Assembly: GCA_033853925.1 (NCBI GenBank)
Contig: JAWOLC010000011.1
Coordinates: 978-64,977 of the forward strand
Origin: Candidatus Eiseniibacteriota bacterium
GTDB lineage: Bacteria > Eisenbacteria > RBG-16-71-46
DNA: 64,000 nt
Direction of reading: 5' to 3'
The translations under genes and the position numbers were made by a program. How positions within the stretch are numbered: the first letter of the stretch is position 1; every line of letters begins with the position of its first letter. The notes below the pieces were generated by a model. That model was not told the DNA's origin. It was given only the letters and a program-made list of their open reading frames with translations, and made no database searches. Shown piece after piece: positions 40,543 to 47,828 of this stretch.

Positions 40543-43500
40543 GTGCTCCCGCTGCCGCTCCGGATCGCCTGGCTGCTCGGCCTCCTGGCTCTGCCCGGGG
40601 CGGCGGCGGGGGACGTCGTGGACGCCTTCGACCGGCCCGAGGCGTGGCGTGCCCTGCCTTCCGACGGCGTCGAGATGAAGGTCTCGCGGGAGGCGGGCGA
40701 GAGCGGGAGCGCGCTGCGGCTGGACTTCCGCTTCGTCAAGGGCGGCGGCTACGCCGTGCTGCACCGCGACCTGGCGCTGGAGCTGCCCGAGAACTACCGC
40801 TTCACCCTGCGGCTCCGCGGCCAGTCCCCGCCCGAGAACCTCGAGTTCAAGCTCGTCGACTCGACCGGCGCGAACGTCTGGTGGCGGAACCAGCGGGACT
40901 TCGTCTTCACGAACGAGTGGCAGACGGTCGGCGTCCGCCGCCGGCAGGTGGAGTTCGCCTGGGGGCCGGCCGGGGGCGGCGAGATCCGCCACGTCGCGGC
41001 CATCGAGATCGCGGTCACCGCCGGCAGCGGGGGCGCGGGCACGGTGTGGCTCGACCGGCTCGAGCTGACGCCGCTGCCGGTGGCGGGGGCGGCCCCGCCG
41101 CCCGTGGCGAGCGCTTCGTCGGCGCGCGCCGGCGGCGGCCCGGAGCGGGCGATCGACGGCGACACCGGGACCGCCTGGGAGAGCGATCCGGGCGACCGCG
41201 CGCCCTGGCTCGAGCTGGACCTCGGCGCCGAGCGGGAGTTCGGCGGGCTGGTGGTGGAGTGGGCGAAGGGTCGCGAGCCCGCCCGCTACCTGGTGGAGGC
41301 CTCCCCGGACGGGCGGGCCTGGACCGTCCTGCGCGCGGTGAGCGGCTGGGGGCGGTCGCGGCGCGCGCTGGACCTTCCCGAGAGCGAAGGGCGCTACCTG
41401 CGGCTGCGCGCGCTGGATCTCGGGGGCGGCGCGGGCCCCGCCGTGCGCGAGGTGAGGCTGATGCCGCTCGAGTGGGGCGCGACCCCCGAGGCCTTCTATC
41501 GGGCGGTCGCCCGGGAAGCGCCCCGCGGCTCGTATCCGCCGGGCATCCGCGGCGAGCGGTCGTGGTGGACGGTGGTGGGCGTGGACGGAGACCGCGAGAA
41601 GGGGCTCCTGAGCGCGGACGGCGCGCTGGAGACCGGGAGCGGGCAGTACTCGGTCGAGCCCTTCCTCTACGCGGACGGGGCTCTCGTCACCTGGGCGGAC
41701 GTGCGCTCCGAGACCGCGCTCGAGGACGGCTCGCTCCCGATCCCCTCGGTGCGCTGGCAGCACGGCGACCTGGCGCTGACGATCACCGCCTTCGCCGACG
41801 GCGCCCCGCGCGCGTCCACGCTGGTGGCCCGCTATCGGCTCCGGAACCTCGGCAGCATGCCCCGCCGCGCCACCCTCTTCCTCGCCTTGCGCCCCTTCCA
41901 GGTGAATCCGCCCGAGCAGTTCCTCGGCACGCGCGGCGGGACGGCCCGGGTGCGCTCGCTGCGCCGGGAGGGCTCGCTCGTCCGCGTCAACGGGGATCGC
42001 GGGCTCTCGAGCCTCACCTCGCCCGCCGGCTTCGGCGCCGCGAGCTTCGACGAGGGAGACGTCGTGGCGGACTTCCTGCGCGCGGGACGCCTGCCGCCGC
42101 GGGAGCAGGTGAGCGACTCGCTGGGCCGGGCCTCGGGCGCGCTCGCCTATGCCTTCGAGCTGGCCGGCGGCGGGGAGGACGAAGTGGACATCGAGATCCC
42201 GCTCGGGGCCGCGCCCGAACCGCGCGCCGAGGGCGGCGACGGCGGGGGAGCCGCCGAGGTCGAGCGCCGGCTCTCGGCCTGCCGGCGGAAGTGGAGCGAG
42301 ACGCTCGGGCTCGCGCGCCTCCGCCTCCCGGCGGCTCCGGAGGTGGCCCGGGCCCTCGAGGCGCAGATCGGCTGGATCCTGGTCGAGCGCGACGGCGCGG
42401 CCCTGCAGCCGGGCGTCCGCTCCTACGCGCGCACCTGGATCCGCGACGGTGCGCTCATGTCCTCGGCCCTGCTCCGCACGGGCCACGCGCAGGCGGTGAA
42501 GGAGTTCGTGGACTGGTTCGCTCCCTACCAGTACGAGGATGGCAAGGTGCCCTGCTGCGTGGACGCTCGCGGCTCGGATCCCGTCCCCGAGCACGACAGC
42601 GGCGGCGAGTTCGTCTTCCTGGCGGCCGAGTACCTGCGCTACACCGGCGACCTCGCCTCGGCGGGGCGCTGGTGGCCGGCGGTCGCGCGCGCCGCCGCCT
42701 ATCTGGATTCCCTGCGCGGGCTGCGGCGCACGGCGGCCTGGCGCACGCCCGCGACCGAGGAGTTCTTCGGCCTCCTGCCCCCCTCGATCAGCCACGAGGG
42801 CTACTCGGCGAAGCCCATGCACTCGTACTGGGACGATCTCTTCGCCCTGCGCGGATTCGCCGACGCCGCCTATCTGGCGGAGGCGCTGGGGCACGGTGAC
42901 GCGGCCCGGCACTGGGCCGCGGTGCGCGACGAGTTCGCCGGCGACCTGACGGCGTCGGTGGCCGCGGCGATGCGCCGCCATCGCCTCGACTACCTGCCGG
43001 GCTGCGCCGACCTCGGCGACTTCGACGCCACCTCGACGACGATCGCGCTCGATCCCGTGCAAGCCGAGGGCGTCCTGCCGCGGGCGGCCCTGGAGCGCAC
43101 CTTCGCGCGCTACTGGGACTTCTTCCGCGACCGCCGCGACGGGACGCAGCCGTGGGAGGTCTTCACGCCCTACGAGATGCGCAACATCGGCGCCTTCGTC
43201 CGCCTGGGCTGGAGCGAGCGGGCCGACAGCCTCCTCGAGTTCTTCCTGGGGTTCCGCCGTCCGCCCGGCTGGCAGCAATGGCCCGAGGTGATCCGCCGCG
43301 ACGAGAAGGTCCCCTACTTCGTGGGCGACCTGCCGCACGCCTGGGTGGGCTCGGACTTCGCGCGCTCGGTGCTGGACTTCTTCGCCTTCGCGCGCGCGGC
43401 GGACAGCACGCTCGTCCTCGGTGCCGGCGTGCCGGCCGCCTGGGCCCTGCATCCGGATGGCCTGGACGTGCGCGGCCTCCGCACGCCCTGGGGAGCGGTC

Positions 43501-43698
43501 GCCTACACGATGCGGCCGCGGGGCGGCGGGATCGAGATGCGGATCGAGGCCGGGCCACGGCTGCCCCCGGGCGGGATCCGGGTGCGGGCGCCCCGGGGAT
43601 TCCCGCGGGTCACGGTGGACGGGGCGCCGGTTCCGGTCGGGGAGACCGGCGAGGTCAGCGTGCGCGCCCTGCCCGCGAGGCTGCGGTTCGCTCCCTGA
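40543..43698 (+). CDS. Secreted 1051-aa glycoside hydrolase: N-terminal F5/8 type C (discoidin) domain plus six-hairpin (alpha/alpha)6 catalytic domain, glucoamylase/GH15-like
   Basis: GTG start and signal peptide VLPLPLRIAWLLGLLALPGAAAG. Discoidin block ERAIDGDTGTAWESDPGDRAPWLELDLGAEREFGGLVVEW. (alpha/alpha)6 region with ARTWIRDGALMSSALLRTGHAQAVKEFVDWF. The 255 upstream codons of the listed ORF are an out-of-frame overlap. Confidence 0.7.
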   Translation: MLPLPLRIAWLLGLLALPGAAAGDVVDAFDRPEAWRALPSDGVEMKVSREAGESGSALRLDFRFVKGGGYAVLHRDLALELPENYRFTLRLRGQSPPENLEFKLVDSTGANVWWRNQRDFVFTNEWQTVGVRRRQVEFAWGPAGGGEIRHVAAIEIAVTAGSGGAGTVWLDRLELTPLPVAGAAPPPVASASSARAGGGPERAIDGDTGTAWESDPGDRAPWLELDLGAEREFGGLVVEWAKGREPARYLVEASPDGRAWTVLRAVSGWGRSRRALDLPESEGRYLRLRALDLGGGAGPAVREVRLMPLEWGATPEAFYRAVAREAPRGSYPPGIRGERSWWTVVGVDGDREKGLLSADGALETGSGQYSVEPFLYADGALVTWADVRSETALEDGSLPIPSVRWQHGDLALTITAFADGAPRASTLVARYRLRNLGSMPRRATLFLALRPFQVNPPEQFLGTRGGTARVRSLRREGSLVRVNGDRGLSSLTSPAGFGAASFDEGDVVADFLRAGRLPPREQVSDSLGRASGALAYAFELAGGGEDEVDIEIPLGAAPEPRAEGGDGGGAAEVERRLSACRRKWSETLGLARLRLPAAPEVARALEAQIGWILVERDGAALQPGVRSYARTWIRDGALMSSALLRTGHAQAVKEFVDWFAPYQYEDGKVPCCVDARGSDPVPEHDSGGEFVFLAAEYLRYTGDLASAGRWWPAVARAAAYLDSLRGLRRTAAWRTPATEEFFGLLPPSISHEGYSAKPMHSYWDDLFALRGFADAAYLAEALGHGDAARHWAAVRDEFAGDLTASVAAAMRRHRLDYLPGCADLGDFDATSTTIALDPVQAEGVLPRAALERTFARYWDFFRDRRDGTQPWEVFTPYEMRNIGAFVRLGWSERADSLLEFFLGFRRPPGWQQWPEVIRRDEKVPYFVGDLPHAWVGSDFARSVLDFFAFARAADSTLVLGAGVPAAWALHPDGLDVRGLRTPWGAVAYTMRPRGGGIEMRIEAGPRLPPGGIRVRAPRGFPRVTVDGAPVPVGETGEVSVRALPARLRFAP

Positions 43699-43748
43699 GC
43701 CCGGCCGCGACGAGCGCCCGGGAATCCGCGCGCCCGCTCGAGGAAGGG

Positions 43749-46139
43749 TCAGAGGCGCACGAGCACGCGGTGCTCGCGACCGTCCCCGAAGGCGGGGATC
43801 GTCTCCGTCCCGTGCGGCCGGCCGTCCACCCAGATGCCCCTGCGCCCCGAGCGCATGCGAACCGTGATGCGGTACACGCTCCCGCGGAAGCTCCTCCGCA
43901 TGGTGAAGCCGCGCCAGGCCCGCGGCAGGCACGGCCGCACCAGGAGCCCGTCGTACGTGGGCCGGACGCCCAGGACCCACTCGGTGCTCACCCGGAACGT
44001 CCAGGCCGCCGAGCCCGTGTACCAGGTCCACCCGCCGCGGCCATAGCGGGACGAGTCGGGTCCGTCCACGTTGCCCGGCGTCACGTAGGGCTCCACCTCG
44101 TAGAGGTCCGGCTTCAGGCCGCGACGGATGGGGCAGAACGAGCGCAAGAGCCGCCAGGCCTGATCGCCCCGGCCGAGCCGGCACTCCGCCTGCACGGCCC
44201 ACGCCGCGGCGTGGGTGTAGAGACCTCCGTTCTCGCGGGAGCCGGGGGCGTAGCGGGTGAGGTAGCCGATCTCGGGATCCGGCTTCCGGTAGGCGGGGGC
44301 GAGGAGCAGCGGACCGAAGTCCCGGTACAGGTGCCGACGCATCGCCCGCAAGAGCCGGGGAAGGCGCCGGGGTGGCACGATCCCGTTCAGGATCGCCCAG
44401 GTCTGGGCGTTGAGGTAGATGCGCCCCTCCTGGCACCGGCGTGAGCCGATCGTCTCCCCGCTGTCCTTCGTGGCCCGCGCGTACCAGTCGCCGTCCCAGA
44501 AGTGCCGATTGAGGGCCCTCCGCATCTTGACCGCCTCGCGCCGATACCTGGCCGCCGTGCGCGCATCGGGACGCGGGAGCCGGCCCTCGAGGTCCGCCCA
44601 CTCCTCGAGCACCCCCACCAGGAAGTGCCCGAGCCAGACGCTCTCCGAGCGCAGCCGCCGCCCGATGGCGGAGAGCCCGTCGTTCCAGTCTCCCGCGCCC
44701 ATGCGGGGCACGCCGCGCGGGGAGATCCGGGCCCAGAAGGAATCGATCGCGCGGCGGCAGTGGTCGTAGAGCGTGCCGCGCACGCGCCCCGGCTTGCCGT
44801 CGCGGCCCAGGAAGGCGACGCGCTCCGCGAGGATGGCGAAGTCCGCGGTCTCGCGCAGGTAGGCGAGCGTGACGAAGGGGAGCCAGAGCAGATCGTCGTT
44901 GTACTTCTTCGTCGCGCCTTCCTCGATGAGCGGGTGCCACCAATGGTAGGTGGTCCCGTCGCGGAACTGGTGGGCGGCGTGCAGGAGGATCTGGCGCCGG
45001 GTGTGCTCGGGGGCCAGGGGGAGGAAGGCGAGGCTGTCCTGGAGCTGGTCGCGGAAGCCGTAGGCGCCGCCCGGCTGGAAGTAGCCGGTGCGCCCCCAGA
45101 CGCGCGCCGAGAGCGTCTGGTACTTGAGCCAGGTGTTGGTGAGGAGATCGAAGGCCCGGTCGGGCGTGCGGACCTCGAGGGGCGCCAGGAAGGCGTCCCA
45201 GTGCCGGCGCATCCGCTGGCGCGCGGCCTCGACGGCGGCGGGGGCGCGATACCTGCGCGACAGGCGCAGGGCGGCGGCGCGAGTCGCCGCCAGGCCCAGG
45301 GTGAAGTCCACCTCGCGCGTCTCGCCCGGGGCGAGCCGCACGGCGACCTGCAGGGAGGCGACGCCGTCCTGCCACTTGCTCGTCGAGTTGGACAGCCGCG
45401 GCCGGTCGAGGGCGGCCGGGCGGGCGAGGTCGCCATAGGGCCCGACGAACTTCTCCTTGTCGCTCTCGTGGGCGACGGGCCCGGGGCTGGCACCGTGGAA
45501 GGCGACGTGCGGCCACTCGCAGTTCCACGGCTCGCCCCGGCCGTCCTCGGCGATCGTGTTCAGGCGCTTGGTCGCGAGCAGGGCGCCCGCCGCGGGCACG
45601 TACTCGGGCTCGATGAAGAGCCGGTGGAACTCGCGGTGCGTGTCGGGAGCGGGGCCCAGGTTCCACTCGAAGTAGCTGAAGAGGTCCAGGCGCCGCCGCC
45701 GCCGCGAGCGGTTCGTGAGGCGCACGCGCCAGATCTCGAGCGGCTCGCCGGGCGGGACGAAGATCAGGTACTCGCTCTCGATCTCCTCGTTGAGCGAGAG
45801 GATGGAGGTGTAGCCGATGCCGTGGTGACATTCGTAGTGCCGGGGCCGCGCCTTGACCGGCTGCCAGGCCAGGGACCAGGCGCGGCGCGAGTCGCGGTCG
45901 CGGCAGTACAGCCACTTGCCCCAGTCGTCCCGGATCAGGTCCTGCTCCCAGCGCGTCAGGCGGTTCAAGCTGGCGTGCCTCATCCAGGAGTAGCCGCCGC
46001 CGCACTGCGAGACCACCGTGCCGTACTCGCCGGGACAGATGACGTTCACCCAGGGGCGTGGCGTGTCCGGCCGAGTGACGACGTACTCGCGGCCATCGGC
46101 GCTGAAGTGGCCGTAGCGGGTGGGGAATTGCCTGCTCAT
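43749..46139 (-). CDS. GH94-family glycoside phosphorylase (cellobiose / beta-1,2-oligoglucan phosphorylase-like), cytoplasmic
   Basis: 796 aa, no signal peptide. N-terminal beta-sandwich, (alpha/alpha)6 catalytic domain (GGAYGFRDQLQDSLA, WNDGLSA) and C-terminal jelly-roll typical of GH94. Confidence 0.8.
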   Translation of the reverse strand: MSRQFPTRYGHFSADGREYVVTRPDTPRPWVNVICPGEYGTVVSQCGGGYSWMRHASLNRLTRWEQDLIRDDWGKWLYCRDRDSRRAWSLAWQPVKARPRHYECHHGIGYTSILSLNEEIESEYLIFVPPGEPLEIWRVRLTNRSRRRRRLDLFSYFEWNLGPAPDTHREFHRLFIEPEYVPAAGALLATKRLNTIAEDGRGEPWNCEWPHVAFHGASPGPVAHESDKEKFVGPYGDLARPAALDRPRLSNSTSKWQDGVASLQVAVRLAPGETREVDFTLGLAATRAAALRLSRRYRAPAAVEAARQRMRRHWDAFLAPLEVRTPDRAFDLLTNTWLKYQTLSARVWGRTGYFQPGGAYGFRDQLQDSLAFLPLAPEHTRRQILLHAAHQFRDGTTYHWWHPLIEEGATKKYNDDLLWLPFVTLAYLRETADFAILAERVAFLGRDGKPGRVRGTLYDHCRRAIDSFWARISPRGVPRMGAGDWNDGLSAIGRRLRSESVWLGHFLVGVLEEWADLEGRLPRPDARTAARYRREAVKMRRALNRHFWDGDWYARATKDSGETIGSRRCQEGRIYLNAQTWAILNGIVPPRRLPRLLRAMRRHLYRDFGPLLLAPAYRKPDPEIGYLTRYAPGSRENGGLYTHAAAWAVQAECRLGRGDQAWRLLRSFCPIRRGLKPDLYEVEPYVTPGNVDGPDSSRYGRGGWTWYTGSAAWTFRVSTEWVLGVRPTYDGLLVRPCLPRAWRGFTMRRSFRGSVYRITVRMRSGRRGIWVDGRPHGTETIPAFGDGREHRVLVRL

Positions 46140-46206
46140 TCGTTCTGCTCTCGCGCGAGGGCGGGTCGCACGCTCCTTGCCGGGAGGCTCGACCCAGCCC
46201 CATGAG

Positions 46207-46260
46207 CCGGAGCCCGCGTGCTGAGGCGCGCGGGCTCCGAGTTCACGGACTTCCAGTCCG
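46207..46260 (-). terminator. Two hairpins downstream of the 46278 gene (10-bp perfect GC stem plus a 6-bp stem)
   Basis: GGAGCCCGCGtgctgaggCGCGGGCTCC and CGGACTtccAGTCCG lie between the stop of the secreted-protein gene and the start of the GH94 gene. Confidence 0.45.
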
Positions 46261-46277
46261 CGTGAAACGCTCCAGGG

Positions 46278-47114
46278 CTACCGATACAGGGTCTTCAGCT
46301 TGCCCCAGGTCGTGCTCGTGGTCGGCGTGGCCTGCTCGCCCAGGTAGCCGATGTCCGACCAGGTGGTGGTGATGTCGTACGCAGCGCCGCCGTTGCCGTT
46401 GGGAAGCTGGAAGTAGCCGCCCACGCGCGTGGGATACAGCTCGCCCCACTGGCCGTGCGGCGGATCCTCGTTCGGGTTCCCCTGGTCGAAGGGCAGCAGA
46501 CCGCTGGTGTACACGTTGCCCAGGTAGGAGATGGTGTACTGGATGGTCGCCGGGTCGGCCTGGCTCAGCGTATGGGGATCGTAGTCGATCTCCATGTAGA
46601 TCGGGTTGCCGGCCGTGTAGGTGACACCGTGGCTCACGGTGAAGCTGTAGAACGGGAGCCGTCCGCCGAAGCAGGCGATCTCGCCATTCCCGTTGGCCCG
46701 CACCATGAACCGGCCGTCGACGTCCAAGGACCACCAGGGCGAGAGGCGCAAGCCGGCCTCGGCCTGCGCGCCCGAGCCGTTGATCGTGACCGTGGCCCAG
46801 TACTTGTAGTGGCTGCAGTTCTCGAAGACGGCGGGCGTGAGGCCGCCATCCTCCGAGAAGCTCCACACGTGCAGGTTCGCCCAGCCCACGCAGCCGTCGC
46901 CCGTGTCGCGGATCCAGACCTGGCTGGGATAGTTGTCGAAGAACGACACATCGGAACCCGGGCAGTCGTTGAAGACGCGCGTGGCGATGACCGCGCCATT
47001 CGGCGCCGGGGTGTGGACGGGCGACGTGCAGTCGCGCCCGTCGGCGGCGAAGGCGAGGCCCGCGAACAGAACGGCCGCGAACGCCAAGAGAGTGGAGTAG
47101 CAGAGACGCTTCAT
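46278..47114 (-). CDS. Secreted Cys-rich protein of unknown function (278 aa)
   Basis: AAGGAGG 9 nt upstream of the ATG. Signal peptide MKRLCYSTLLAFAAVLFAGLAFAA. Eight Cys residues. Ends ...TWGKLKTLYR. Somewhat lower GC than neighbouring genes. Confidence 0.65.
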   Translation of the reverse strand: MKRLCYSTLLAFAAVLFAGLAFAADGRDCTSPVHTPAPNGAVIATRVFNDCPGSDVSFFDNYPSQVWIRDTGDGCVGWANLHVWSFSEDGGLTPAVFENCSHYKYWATVTINGSGAQAEAGLRLSPWWSLDVDGRFMVRANGNGEIACFGGRLPFYSFTVSHGVTYTAGNPIYMEIDYDPHTLSQADPATIQYTISYLGNVYTSGLLPFDQGNPNEDPPHGQWGELYPTRVGGYFQLPNGNGGAAYDITTTWSDIGYLGEQATPTTSTTWGKLKTLYR

Positions 47115-47355
47115 GTTCCTGGGTCCTCCTTCCGGAGCTGGTGAGTTGCGGGGTGGATGAGTGGACCCTACAACGGACGGCCTACGACCTTGCAGGATCG
47201 TGACAGAATCTCGGGCCTCGACCTAGTCACGCGTGGCGCCCGCCGCAGCGCGCCGTGGCCGACTCGCCAGTTCGCCGTTTGCCTGGCGATTCGGACCCCT
47301 CGGGCGGCGCGTGACGTTGGCCGCGGGCCGGAGCCCAATCCTCCTCAGACCTGCA

Positions 47356-47369
47356 TGTAAACGTTTACA
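47356..47369. promoter_or_regulatory. Perfect 14-bp LacI/CcpA-type operator palindrome TGTAAACGTTTACA (central CG)
   Basis: Exact self-complement. Matches the LacI-family consensus TGnAAnCGnTTnCA. Lies in a 715-bp intergenic region, 242 bp upstream of the minus-strand gene start (47114) and 460 bp upstream of 47829. Confidence 0.55.
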
Positions 47370-47828
47370 CAGATGACCTGGCCTTGTCAACGAGTATGTT
47401 CGGGGGCGGGCCAGAAGCGTTCCGATCGTCCCTCGGGCTGGGCCTCAGAGGTGCGCCTGTCCGGTCTCGAGAGGTGGGAGTGGCGCCTCTCCCGGGAGTC
47501 GGCCGGCCCAATCCTTCGGCCGAGGCCCACGGCGCGAAACCCATGGCGGGCCGTCCTTTTGGCCGTTCGGCCCATCCGGTGTACCCTGCAGCGTCCCTCC
47601 GGCCGGCGGACCTGCGCTCGGCCTGGGGGCGCGCCCGGCCGGGCCGTCGGGCGCGCTCAGTCAGCCGGCCGCGAGAGGTAGCGGGGGCTCCAGGGGCCGC
47701 GTGGCGAGGGGCATATCGAGAGCCGCCTTGCTCGCCAGGGGCGGGCTCCCGACGGCCGGCTCCCCGGGTCGCGTTTCGAGGCGGGCGCTCTCCGCGCTGC
47801 GCGGGCCCTGGAGCCCCGCCGGCGCCGG

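Noticed and set aside
47141-47340. Possible small RNA or tRNA in the lower-GC part of the 47115-47828 intergenic region
   Set aside because: Only short local hairpins (CGTGAC...GTCACG, CGCCAG...CTGGCG) are present. No cloverleaf or conserved ncRNA signature could be traced by eye.
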